60,452 nucleotides of DNA from an uncultured bacterium (GCA_903935195.1 CAIZQW010000085.1:1-60452), one strand, 5' to 3'; shown: positions 27,238 to 36,419, numbered from the stretch's first letter. Translations and numbers: made by a program. Notes: a model not told the origin generated them from the letters alone.

Positions 27238-29853
27238 TTAATCCTTCTTTGTCTTGATGGTTTTTTCTTCACCATTCACGCGCACCTTGACTTCGCGCGA
27301 CGTAGATGAACGGATGCTATAAGAGATCACCTTTCCCTGGTCCCAGGCGATATCCACCGTGAAATTACCGCGCGCCTTCAGTCCTTTAACGCTACCCGTT
27401 GGCCACGCCTTGGGAATTGCGGGCAACAGCTCTATCGTGCCAGTGTACGACTGCATCAACATCTCGCAAATACCCGCTGTAATACCGAAGTTGCCGTCCA
27501 TCTGCATAGGTGGATGATTGCCGAACAAATTGAGACAGGTATTCCGTTCGTTCAACAAATTCCGAAACATGATGTAAGCACTTTCACCTTCACGCAAACG
27601 AGCGTAGAGCGCGGTCCGCCAGGCAAAGGACCACTCCCGAACATCACCCACTGGACCCCGCGCATCGAGTGATTTCTTAGCCCCTGCCGCCAACACTGGA
27701 GTCTGGGCGACACTAAATTGTTCCCCTGGGAAAAGCCCGAATAGATGCGAGGTGTGACGGTGGTGATTATTCGGATCATCACGATCAACCATCCATTCCT
27801 GCAACTGACCCCATTTCCCGATTTTAGGAACCATCAGTTTGTCGCGCATCCCTGCAATCTTCTTCCGGTAGTCTTCGTCCACGCCAAGCGCCTCACTAGC
27901 CGCCACGTAGTTGTTAAAAAGATCCCAGCAAATTTCCTGATTATAACTCACGCCGTCCTCAACGGGCCCATGCTCTGGCGACCAGCCGTTCGGCACCACC
28001 AAGGTTCCATCTGGCAATGCTTTCATGCGCACCTCCCAGAACTCGCAGATTTCTTTCATGATCGGGTACGCCACATTTTTGAGCCAAGTCTTGTCTCCCG
28101 TATAGGCATAGTGCCACCAGAAATGCTGGCAATACCAGGCGTTCGCAGTAATGTCCCACTGCCACCCCATGTCGCCGTTGATACCATGCGAGGTCCGGAC
28201 AGCCCAGCCCACGGGCTTGCCGTTTGTTGACTTGAATTCTTTCGCCTCCGCCGTTGCCTTGCGCCATGCGGGGAGCTGGCTTACAATAAGGTCCAAAAAG
28301 GTTGTATGGCATTCGGAAAGATTGGCTGGCTCGGCGATCCAATAGTTCATCTGCACATTGATATTCGCATGGTAGTCGCTATGCCAGGGCGGATTGTTGT
28401 TGTCGTTCCACATCCCCTGCAGATTTGCCGGCAGCCCACCGGGACGCGAACAACTGATCAGCAGGTAACGCCCGTACTGGAACATGAGTTCCTCGAGATC
28501 AGCATCGCCACCCTTTTCGGCATGTAGACTCTTCCGCTTATTTGTCGACAGTGCCAATCGCTCCGTCGGTGTTGCTCCGACATCAAGCTCCACCCTGTTG
28601 AAATAGGATTGAAATTCCTTGATGTGCGAAGCTTTTAAAACGTCATACTTCTTTTTAGCTGCCTTAGCCAGACGCTTCTCGACAACCGCCTTCGGGTCTC
28701 CGCCACGATACTGGGCAGAATGGTCAGAGGTGTAATCCGTGCTGGCCGCCAGCAGGATTGTCACACTGTCACAGGCCGTGTAATAAATCAACCCCTCGCC
28801 CGCCTGTACGGACCCGCCCTCGTTCAACACCCGGACGCTGGTCATATATTTTAAATTATTTGCTAACACGCCTGAAAACTGGAGTTCATTTTTTGAAGCC
28901 AGCGTGACTTCCCGATGTCCGCCCTTCAGCATTACGGCGCCGCCGCAAGCACCTGGCTTATCGGCCGTCAGGCGCATCACCATAACCTGATCTGGGGCGG
29001 AAGCAAATGTTTCACGGCAATAGGTCACATCGCCTGCCTTGTAGGTCACCCGATGTGTCGCCGTAGCAAGGTCGAGCGCGCGGCTATAGTTCTCCACTTT
29101 GTCTGGAGCAATCTTGCCTGGAAAAACAACGCCCGGAATTGAGATCTCAGCGATCTGAAAATGCATCACACTCTTTTTAGGCACAAACGTCACTCGGTAA
29201 AATGCAAACGCCTTGTCATTCGTACAGGTATATGTCTTTGTTTCGCACCGTTTGGAAAAAGGCGGCTCATTCTCGTGATTGTCCAACACAGTCCACTCCT
29301 TACCATTGCTCGAACCGCTGAAGGCCCATGTGGACGGATCACGTTCCTGAACGTCCCCAGCGGATGTGAATGCGTATTGGCTGATCACACGGGCTTCTGG
29401 TAACCGAAGTTCCCAAATCAGCGGTACGCCATCTGGCACTACGCACCATTTGGTTCCGGGATTGTTGTCCGTGCTCGCCTCGATGCCTTCTCGCTGATAA
29501 TAAGACAACTGCCCGCTGGCGCATATAACCATCGGCACCTTTGCCACGCCTGCACCCGACTTAGCAAGGGTATCAATATTGAGGATGCCGAGCGTCTGAT
29601 ACGAACCCATCTCATCGTACCCGCCCGTGGCGGTCTTCTCTTCGCCAGTCCACAGGCTAATCTCATTGAGCACCACGCGTTCAAGCTCAGGTTTGCCATG
29701 AATCATCCCGCCCAGCATTCCGTTGCCCACAGGCAAGGCTTCTGTCATCGTATCATTCGCAGGCGTATCATATCGCAAGACAAGTTCACCTGCCTGAACG
29801 TGTAACACCAACGCCAGCAAGCTCACACTGGACAATATAATTCTTTTTTTCAT
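27238..29853 (-). CDS. GH95 alpha-L-fucosidase/galactosidase-family enzyme with an inserted F5/8 type C (discoidin) module
   Basis: Canonical GH95 blocks are 'LRYDTPANDTMTEALPVGNGMLGGMIHG...NEISLWTG' and 'LPANLQGMWNDNNNPPWHSDYHANINVQMNYW'. The discoidin-like insert is 'NNPGTKWCVV...PSTWAFSGSSNGKEWTVLD'. The ATG at 29853 gives the signal peptide 'MKKRIILSSVSLLALVL' (ORF-track start is 29916). Confidence 0.85.
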   Translation of the reverse strand: MKKRIILSSVSLLALVLHVQAGELVLRYDTPANDTMTEALPVGNGMLGGMIHGKPELERVVLNEISLWTGEEKTATGGYDEMGSYQTLGILNIDTLAKSGAGVAKVPMVICASGQLSYYQREGIEASTDNNPGTKWCVVPDGVPLIWELRLPEARVISQYAFTSAGDVQERDPSTWAFSGSSNGKEWTVLDNHENEPPFSKRCETKTYTCTNDKAFAFYRVTFVPKKSVMHFQIAEISIPGVVFPGKIAPDKVENYSRALDLATATHRVTYKAGDVTYCRETFASAPDQVMVMRLTADKPGACGGAVMLKGGHREVTLASKNELQFSGVLANNLKYMTSVRVLNEGGSVQAGEGLIYYTACDSVTILLAASTDYTSDHSAQYRGGDPKAVVEKRLAKAAKKKYDVLKASHIKEFQSYFNRVELDVGATPTERLALSTNKRKSLHAEKGGDADLEELMFQYGRYLLISCSRPGGLPANLQGMWNDNNNPPWHSDYHANINVQMNYWIAEPANLSECHTTFLDLIVSQLPAWRKATAEAKEFKSTNGKPVGWAVRTSHGINGDMGWQWDITANAWYCQHFWWHYAYTGDKTWLKNVAYPIMKEICEFWEVRMKALPDGTLVVPNGWSPEHGPVEDGVSYNQEICWDLFNNYVAASEALGVDEDYRKKIAGMRDKLMVPKIGKWGQLQEWMVDRDDPNNHHRHTSHLFGLFPGEQFSVAQTPVLAAGAKKSLDARGPVGDVREWSFAWRTALYARLREGESAYIMFRNLLNERNTCLNLFGNHPPMQMDGNFGITAGICEMLMQSYTGTIELLPAIPKAWPTGSVKGLKARGNFTVDIAWDQGKVISYSIRSSTSREVKVRVNGEEKTIKTKKD

Positions 29854-29932
29854 ATGATTTGCCTTGTTTTTGATACAGCTGAGCCAGAACGCCCTGACTG
29901 TGTACGCTGGCATCAACGACTATTTCTTAACC

Positions 29933-31684
29933 TTAGAAGAATTGGATGATTGTGCCTTCGGCCAACGCACGTAACACCACATTTGTATTGCCTGGATAGC
30001 TGATGGCAAAGCTTCGTCCCCCAGCCGACAAAATAGCTCCCTCAGGAAGGCCGTTAAAGGTTCCCACGATGTTCGTGGCGGACATAATCGTGAAGAGTGT
30101 CTCCTGGTGAATGTTCGCATTCGCCAATGAGAGAGAGAGGGTCGCATTCAGGTTCGTAATCGTTCCAGAAGAGGCCAGTTTGTCAGCCAACCCGTTTGTC
30201 GAGATCTGTGCCACAAATATCGAACCTGAAGCAAAAGTTACACTGTTGCTGACCGTGAATTTACCAATGCCATTATTCGTCGCCGGCTCGCCGGGCGAAA
30301 TGGTGCCCCCTGATACCACGGAGGTCGCACCCAATACCAGTCCTGTGCCACCCAACGTACCACCGCTGTAAACAGTGACTGCACCTGTCCCCGTCAGCTT
30401 TCCGTTCACCAACAAAGTGCCGTTAGTGATAACCGTCGTTCCGCTGTAGGTGTTCACGCCAGAAAGCGTCTGCGTGCCGGCGCCGGTCTTGGTAATGCCG
30501 CCTAAGCTACTAATGATACCGCTGAACGTGCCGGAACCACCCGCGCTGCCGATGGTCAAGCGGTTAGCAGCAGAGCTTGGAAGCGAAACCGAACCACTCC
30601 CCGTGAGAGCATCGATGGTTTCATTGTTTCCCCCTTTGCCTATAATAAGAGTGCCTGCAACATTCACAGTAGATGCATCGGGGATCAAATTGACGCTCGA
30701 AGCCCAGCCACTGCCTAAATTCAAAATGCCACTGGTGAGAACATGAACATTGCCACTGAAAGTATTGGCAGAGCCGCCACCGTTTATGGCTCCAAAATAT
30801 ACACTATATCCTCCAGCAGCAACAATCGTCACATCTCCCGCTCCAGAGATGCCGCCTTGTCCAAAGTTTATGTTATTACCGGCTTGTATGGAAATGTTAC
30901 GGTTTAACGTGATCGCCCCGGCAAACCGCCCCCCGTTATCGCCGCCGCTGGTATAAAAGGTCACCGTGCCTGAGCCTTGGTTGGCCACTGTGATCGGCCG
31001 TGATATGGCGGCTACTGTGGCCGACAGTTGGATCGCATTCGTACCAGAATTAACATCTCCCAACGTGATCGCTCCCGATGTTCCCAACGCATTGGCATTT
31101 CCGGCGATAACCGTTCCCGCACTAATCGTGGTCCCGTTCGTGTAGGTGTTGGCGCCACTCAGCGTCAGTGTTCCAGCTCCAGCCTTGATGATAGCCCCGT
31201 TGGTAACTGTATCTATAATCGTCAGGGTACGATTAGTCGCGACTGTTAGGGTGCGAGTCGCACCACCGAGATTGACATTGAGATGATTGGACGCATTACC
31301 TATAGTGACGTTGGCAGAACTTCCGCTTCCCGTATTCAGACCAATATTGCCACCCAGTGTGATTGTATTAGTTCCTGCCGCAGAAGCATCCAGCGTAAGG
31401 GCGTAGTTGCCTGCATAGCTGAATGTCAACCCAGTGGTCAGCGTGGTGTCAGCGGCAAACGTTACCGTCTGTGCCGCTGTATTGGTCAACGACGTGTCCC
31501 AGGTGCCATTGATGGTATTGCCGACCCAGTTACCGATCGTATTGTAGTCGTAAGGCCCAGCTGCGGTTTGATTAAACCCAGTAGTTGCCGCCTGTGTGGC
31601 GTTCACTGTGAGAAACATGAGCACGAGGCTGATGATGGAGGTCTTATTACCTCTTGTGAGCTTGACATGTCCTGATGTTTTCAT
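29933..31684 (-). CDS. autotransporter-associated beta-strand (PATR) repeat surface protein
   Basis: 583-aa ORF rich in Gly/Thr/Asn. PATR units are 'KAGAGTLTLSGANTYTNGTTISAGT' and 'KTGAGTQTLSGVNTYSGTTVITNGTL'. It has a signal peptide and is the first gene of the array. Confidence 0.75.
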   Translation of the reverse strand: MKTSGHVKLTRGNKTSIISLVLMFLTVNATQAATTGFNQTAAGPYDYNTIGNWVGNTINGTWDTSLTNTAAQTVTFAADTTLTTGLTFSYAGNYALTLDASAAGTNTITLGGNIGLNTGSGSSANVTIGNASNHLNVNLGGATRTLTVATNRTLTIIDTVTNGAIIKAGAGTLTLSGANTYTNGTTISAGTVIAGNANALGTSGAITLGDVNSGTNAIQLSATVAAISRPITVANQGSGTVTFYTSGGDNGGRFAGAITLNRNISIQAGNNINFGQGGISGAGDVTIVAAGGYSVYFGAINGGGSANTFSGNVHVLTSGILNLGSGWASSVNLIPDASTVNVAGTLIIGKGGNNETIDALTGSGSVSLPSSAANRLTIGSAGGSGTFSGIISSLGGITKTGAGTQTLSGVNTYSGTTVITNGTLLVNGKLTGTGAVTVYSGGTLGGTGLVLGATSVVSGGTISPGEPATNNGIGKFTVSNSVTFASGSIFVAQISTNGLADKLASSGTITNLNATLSLSLANANIHQETLFTIMSATNIVGTFNGLPEGAILSAGGRSFAISYPGNTNVVLRALAEGTIIQFF

Positions 31685-31753
31685 TATTTGAACCTTTCGT
31701 TGAACGTATCCTCTGGTCTGCGTTAACTATAAAACATCTAATCTGTAAATTCA

Positions 31754-31789
31754 ATTGCAATTCTTGCAAAAAATATTACAATTCTTACA
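31754..31789 (+). promoter_or_regulatory. two direct 15-bp repeats ATT[G/A]CAATTCTT[G/A]CA spaced 21 bp start-to-start; candidate AraC/XylR-type operator
   Basis: The copies are ATTGCAATTCTTGCA (31754-31768) and ATTACAATTCTTACA (31775-31789). They lie in the divergent intergenic region between the PATR gene and the Gfo/Idh/MocA gene. A third copy lies upstream of the XylR-like gene. Confidence 0.4.
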
Positions 31790-31915
31790 CACTAAAATAC
31801 AGCGCAGACGGTCGGTGAAAACGCCAAGGAGTTTTTATATCCGCTTCAATTATTGTGTTGCAAAATTCACACCTCGTTGTTAATTTATAAATAATCAAAT
31901 TAAAAGAGGAGTACT

Positions 31916-33208
31916 ATGACGAAGAATGATTTCAATATGTCGAGAAGACTTTTCATCGGAGGCACCACAGCCTTTGCCATGTCCCAGCCATCGCTCTTTG
32001 CGCAGACAACGCCTGCAACGAGGGATTTCAAAATTGCCCTCATCGGATGTGGCGGGCGGGGTAGCGGCGCCGTCAACGACATCAAGGCTGCGGCCAAACG
32101 CTTAGGCTGTACAGCGACACTTGTTGCTGCGTCCGATTTCGTGCAGGAGAAAGCCATCGCCTTATGTAAGCGTCATGGGTGCAATGAGCAATTTGCCTTC
32201 GGGGGTCCGACAGGTTACCAGAAGATCATGGAGTCTCCCGCGGAGATTGTCCTTCTTGCAGCACCGCCCTTCTTCCGTCCACTCCACCTCGAAGCGTGCG
32301 TCAAGGCTGGCAAGCACATCTTCGCGGAGAAGCCTGTCGCCACCGACCCAGCGGGTCTGCGACGTTTCCTCGCAGGCGTCGAGGCCGCCAAGAAGGCTAA
32401 CCTCTCTATCCTCTCCGGCACATGCCACCGCCATAACAACAAAGCCCTGCGCATGATTAAACCGATGCAAGAGGGAGCGATCGGTCCAATCCGAGGGGGC
32501 ATGGTCTACCGTTGCCATGGAGGCATGAATAGTTTCGGATACAATAAACCGCGCAAGCCAGGTGCCACCAACGCAGAATACCTCTCCACCGCTTGGTACT
32601 TCTGGCGCCAGATGTCTGGCGACAATCTTACAGAGCAAGGCATTCATGAAGTCGACCTCGCCAACTGGTTTATTGGACGCCTTCCAAAATCAGCCATGGG
32701 TATTGGCGCGCGTTACCGTCGCGCCATCGGCAATGGCTACGACTGCTTGAGCGTTGATTATGATTACGGTGACAGCCTCCACATTCATGCCATGGCACGT
32801 CAGGTTGACGGCTGCTCTGAACGTTTAGGCACCATCCTGACGGGTGCCGAGGGTGAATGTTCTGTCCTCGGAAAAATCACGCGCTTTGATGGAAAGCCTG
32901 TCGCTTATGATGAAGAGCGTGTCAAAACCCGCGATGAAAACATGATGACGATGGAACACTGGGACTTTCTGAATGGCCTGATGACTGGCAACTATTTGCA
33001 CGAAGGCGAGCAGGTTGCAATGTCGACTGCCACTACGCTGATGGGGACTCTCGCATGCTACACCGGAAAAACAGTTCGAATGAGTGACCTCCTGACAAAC
33101 GCCACAAGCGAATTCTATACGATGAACAACCCCTTCCTGCCTGAGGACTTTGATAAAGGCGATGTTGAATTGCCCAAAGAATTTGAAGCCCCCATTCCCG
33201 GAAAGTAG
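31916..33208 (+). CDS. Gfo/Idh/MocA family oxidoreductase with a Tat-type signal peptide
   Basis: 430-aa ORF with a good RBS (AAAGAGGAG) before the ATG. The twin-arginine leader is 'SRRLFIGGTTAFAMSQPSLFAQ'. The Rossmann block is 'FKIALIGCGGRGSGA'. Confidence 0.85.
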   Translation: MTKNDFNMSRRLFIGGTTAFAMSQPSLFAQTTPATRDFKIALIGCGGRGSGAVNDIKAAAKRLGCTATLVAASDFVQEKAIALCKRHGCNEQFAFGGPTGYQKIMESPAEIVLLAAPPFFRPLHLEACVKAGKHIFAEKPVATDPAGLRRFLAGVEAAKKANLSILSGTCHRHNNKALRMIKPMQEGAIGPIRGGMVYRCHGGMNSFGYNKPRKPGATNAEYLSTAWYFWRQMSGDNLTEQGIHEVDLANWFIGRLPKSAMGIGARYRRAIGNGYDCLSVDYDYGDSLHIHAMARQVDGCSERLGTILTGAEGECSVLGKITRFDGKPVAYDEERVKTRDENMMTMEHWDFLNGLMTGNYLHEGEQVAMSTATTLMGTLACYTGKTVRMSDLLTNATSEFYTMNNPFLPEDFDKGDVELPKEFEAPIPGK

Positions 33209-33214
33209 GCTCTT

Positions 33215-34177
33215 ATGAACAGACGATCTTTTTTGCTGAATGCCACGGCAGGTCTTGCCGCCTTTCAGGCAGCACCCCTCTTCGCTCAAACAAAGCCCGC
33301 CTTTAAGACAACCTTACTCAAGGCTCTTATTGCGAAACAAGCCGATGCCGCCACCTGCGAGCGTATTGCAAAAGCTGGTTTTTCAGGCTTCGAGGTTCAG
33401 GATAAAAACGCAACGGTTGAGACAGCCCTTGCCGGAAAGGCCTGCGCGGAGAAACAGGGCATCAAGATCCACTCTCTGATGTATGGCTGGGCGCAATTCA
33501 ACCATGCTGAAGAGAAGACTCGGCGCACCTCCATTGACGATGCGAAGCGCGCATTAGAGATCACGGCGGCTTTTGGCGCGACCACCATGCTACTCGTCCC
33601 CTGTCGCGTGGACTGCAAAATGCCAGCTCCCTCAGCCTTTGACCTGGCGTTTGATCCCGCCACGCTTAAGCTGATCCGTGCCGCCCAAGGTCCTGAGGAC
33701 TTCGCCGAATATATTAACCAGCAGAACATCGCTACCGAACGCTCACGCGCCGCCGTAGAGGAGCTCATCCCAATAGCAGCAAAACATAAAGTTGTTATCG
33801 GTCTTGAAAACGTCTGGAACAACCTCTGGGTGAAGCCCGACTATGCGGCTGCGTTTGTTAAATCGTTCAAGAGTCCGTGGGTCCGCCCCTATCTTGATCT
33901 TGGCAATCATATCCGCTATGCCCAGACTGAAGCATGGCTTCGCGCCTTCGGTCCAGACATCGTTCGACTGCACATTAAGGATTTCAAGATCGATCGAGCC
34001 GCCAAAAACGAAGGGGCTTTTGTCCCGATCGGCAAGGGTAGCAACGACTGGGCTTCCATCCGAAAAGTGATCGAAGAAATTGGCTATAACGGTTGGGTCA
34101 CGATCGAGAGCGGTGGTTATACCGACGCCGAACACAGCGCCTTAATGGACCGCTTCTTCGCAGGTTCTCTCAGCTAA
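33215..34177 (+). CDS. xylose-isomerase-like TIM-barrel protein (sugar phosphate isomerase/epimerase family) with a Tat-type signal
   Basis: 320-aa ORF starting 6 nt after the oxidoreductase stop. The leader is 'MNRRSFLLNATAGLAAFQAAPLFAQ'. The 'LENVWNN' and 'YLDLGNH' blocks are typical of this TIM-barrel family. Confidence 0.75.
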   Translation: MNRRSFLLNATAGLAAFQAAPLFAQTKPAFKTTLLKALIAKQADAATCERIAKAGFSGFEVQDKNATVETALAGKACAEKQGIKIHSLMYGWAQFNHAEEKTRRTSIDDAKRALEITAAFGATTMLLVPCRVDCKMPAPSAFDLAFDPATLKLIRAAQGPEDFAEYINQQNIATERSRAAVEELIPIAAKHKVVIGLENVWNNLWVKPDYAAAFVKSFKSPWVRPYLDLGNHIRYAQTEAWLRAFGPDIVRLHIKDFKIDRAAKNEGAFVPIGKGSNDWASIRKVIEEIGYNGWVTIESGGYTDAEHSALMDRFFAGSLS

Positions 34178-34328
34178 CTCATGGCGAAAGAGGGAGGGCA
34201 AGCGCATCCCCGTACTCCGGGAGGCTTTCCAAAAGCATCCTTCCAAGGCGTTGGTCCTGATCACGAGACCGTTCGACGTATGAATCCCATTCTAAATGAA
34301 ACAGCCGTGCACATTGCCCACAAAACTA

Positions 34329-34343
34329 ATTGCAATTCTTACA
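34329..34343 (+). promoter_or_regulatory. third copy of the 15-bp motif (ATTGCAATTCTTACA) immediately upstream of the XylR-like regulator
   Basis: It matches the 31754-31789 repeats at 14/15 positions and ends 17 nt before the ATG at 34360. Confidence 0.35.
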
Positions 34344-34359
34344 TATAAAAAGGGCCTAC

Positions 34360-35499
34360 ATGAAAAAACAAAAACTACCTCGCATCTTGCTGGTCAGCAC
34401 GTGGCAAAGCTATGAACTGGTGACAGGTATCGTCCAGTATGCGTCAGAAGCAGGCTGGCATCTGGACATGACTTTTTTTATTTCAGGGGAACTGCCCAAA
34501 GGCTGGAAAGGCGAGGGCGCCCTTGTCTTGCTCGGCGAGAGCTTGGCCATGACACGGTTAGTCAAGACACTCGCATGTCCGATTGTATCCATGACGGTCA
34601 ACCGCCACGGACTGAACATCCCTTACGTGGATTCCGACAACGAACGCATCGGAGCGCTGGCCGCTGAACATTTCCTCAAGCGGAATTTCCAACACTTCGC
34701 TTATTATGCGCTGCGGGATTGGCCCGTGGATCGGTTACGCGGAGAAGGGTTTGCACGCAAACTCAAGCAGGCCGGTCACGCCTGCGAGTGGCTAACGTGG
34801 AGTGCCTGTCGAGGTCGGCGCAACAACACCTGGGAAAACCGACAGCAGTGGCTGAAACGAGAAATCCGGCGACTCCCCAAGCCTGTGGCGTTCTTCACCC
34901 TCGACGACCTTCGCGCCGTGGAGCTGATCGAAGCGGGTCAACAACTTGGACTTCGGATACCCGAAGATCTTGCTATTCTCGGCGTGGGCAACCACAAGTT
35001 GCTTTCAAACACGACAGCCGTTGCCTTATCGAGCATTGCTACCGACGAAAAAAACATCGGTTATCAGGCCTCCCGCTTACTGGATCGTTGCATGAAGGGC
35101 GAAAAATCAATACCCGCTAAAATCCTCGTCACACCGTCTGGCATCGTGGAACGCAAAAGCACCGAGACCATCGCCACCAACCATCCAGAAGTCTCCAAGG
35201 CACTCCGCTTCATGATGCTTAATTATCAGAACCCCATCGGCATTCAGGACCTTGTCGCCGCTACCGCGCTTTCTCAGACACGCCTGTATCAGGCATTCCA
35301 GTTAGAGTTTGGAGAGAGCCCGGCCCGCTTTCTGAACCGCATCCGTCTTGACCGGGCCAAGCAGATGCTGGGCGACCCTACCAACAAACTCGCCACCATT
35401 TCTCAGGCGTGTGGATTCGGTGACCCCATCAATCTGTTCCGAGTCTTCAAACGTTTCGAGAATCTTTCTCCAAAACAATACAGACAGGCGATTTACTAG
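34360..35499 (+). CDS. XylR-type hybrid regulator (periplasmic-binding-protein-like sensor domain + AraC HTH)
   Basis: The N-terminal PBP-like block is 'PRILLVSTWQSYELVTGIVQYASEAGWHL'. The C-terminal AraC HTH is 'LSQTRLYQAFQLEFGESPARFLNRIRLDRAKQML...ACGFGDPINLFRVFKRFENLSPKQYR'. The ORF track starts at the TTG at 34330; the ATG at 34360 is preferred. Confidence 0.8.
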   Translation: MKKQKLPRILLVSTWQSYELVTGIVQYASEAGWHLDMTFFISGELPKGWKGEGALVLLGESLAMTRLVKTLACPIVSMTVNRHGLNIPYVDSDNERIGALAAEHFLKRNFQHFAYYALRDWPVDRLRGEGFARKLKQAGHACEWLTWSACRGRRNNTWENRQQWLKREIRRLPKPVAFFTLDDLRAVELIEAGQQLGLRIPEDLAILGVGNHKLLSNTTAVALSSIATDEKNIGYQASRLLDRCMKGEKSIPAKILVTPSGIVERKSTETIATNHPEVSKALRFMMLNYQNPIGIQDLVAATALSQTRLYQAFQLEFGESPARFLNRIRLDRAKQMLGDPTNKLATISQACGFGDPINLFRVFKRFENLSPKQYRQAIY

Positions 35500-35528
35500 C
35501 CAGTTCAGCGACTATAAGCTAATCTTGG

Positions 35529-36419
35529 CTAGACATCGATCTTGATGATCTTCTTGATGAAGAACCAGCCGACGGCGATGAGGCAAATGGTTATACCCAC
35601 GCAGATCATGCCGCTGGTCGCGCGGAAAAAGGGCATCATCATGTCAGGCTTGAGGAACGTCATCGCCCCGCCGAGAAAGACAGGCATGCTGGCGACAATG
35701 AGTCCTTGCAGACGGCCTTGTGCAGTCAGTGTTTGAACACGTCGCTCAATGCGCATACGCTCGCGAATCGTTAAACTGATCTTATCGAAAATTTCAGTCA
35801 AATTGCCACCTGTCCGGCGCGCAATATCAACCGCGGTCACGACCAGTGTTAAGTCGTCACTCCCCACGCGCTGATCAAGACTCTGGAGGGCATCATAAAA
35901 ATTCATGCCCACACGCATTTGCTGCAACATGACGCCGAATTCCTGAGAAATAGGCTTCTCTCCTGCCTGCACAATCGTTTCAAAGGCTTGGTTAATACTG
36001 AAGCCCGCGCGCATGGCATTGCTCATACTCCCCAGCGCTTCCACCAATTGAAGATTGAACTTCTGCTTCCGCCGCTCTTTCATAATCAAAACGACCTTTG
36101 TCGGCAGCGAGAGCGCGATAAGCCCAAAAACCGTCCCGAGTATCAGGCCAATCAGGGTTGACAGCGGACTGCTCATGTCAAAGAGTGTCACCGTACACAC
36201 GAGAAAGATCGCAACGGCCAAGGACCACCCAATCTCTGAAATACGTCTCGCAGGAATAAAAAGAAACATATCCTCAAACTGACGAGACGTTTGTTCGGAC
36301 ATCGAGTCCGCATACGTGGAAGCCCCGGAGGTCAGACCATTAATAAACGTAAAGGCAACACCTCCAAAAGCGAGGCCTAACAAGAGAGGAGCAAGCCAAG
36401 AGGCATAAGTCTCGATCAT
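35529..36419 (-). CDS. type II secretion system F-family inner-membrane protein (TadB/TadC-like)
   Basis: 296-aa ORF with N- and C-terminal TM segments flanking the cytoplasmic block 'ISQEFGVMLQQMRVGMNFYDALQSLDQRV'. The ATG overlaps the CpaF stop (ATGA). Confidence 0.75.
   Translation of the reverse strand: MIETYASWLAPLLLGLAFGGVAFTFINGLTSGASTYADSMSEQTSRQFEDMFLFIPARRISEIGWSLAVAIFLVCTVTLFDMSSPLSTLIGLILGTVFGLIALSLPTKVVLIMKERRKQKFNLQLVEALGSMSNAMRAGFSINQAFETIVQAGEKPISQEFGVMLQQMRVGMNFYDALQSLDQRVGSDDLTLVVTAVDIARRTGGNLTEIFDKISLTIRERMRIERRVQTLTAQGRLQGLIVASMPVFLGGAMTFLKPDMMMPFFRATSGMICVGITICLIAVGWFFIKKIIKIDV

Noticed and set aside
31900-32157. 85-aa minus-strand ORF overlapping the start of the Gfo/Idh/MocA gene.
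   Set aside because: It is antisense to a CDS with a strong RBS, a Tat leader and a Rossmann motif. It is a shadow ORF.
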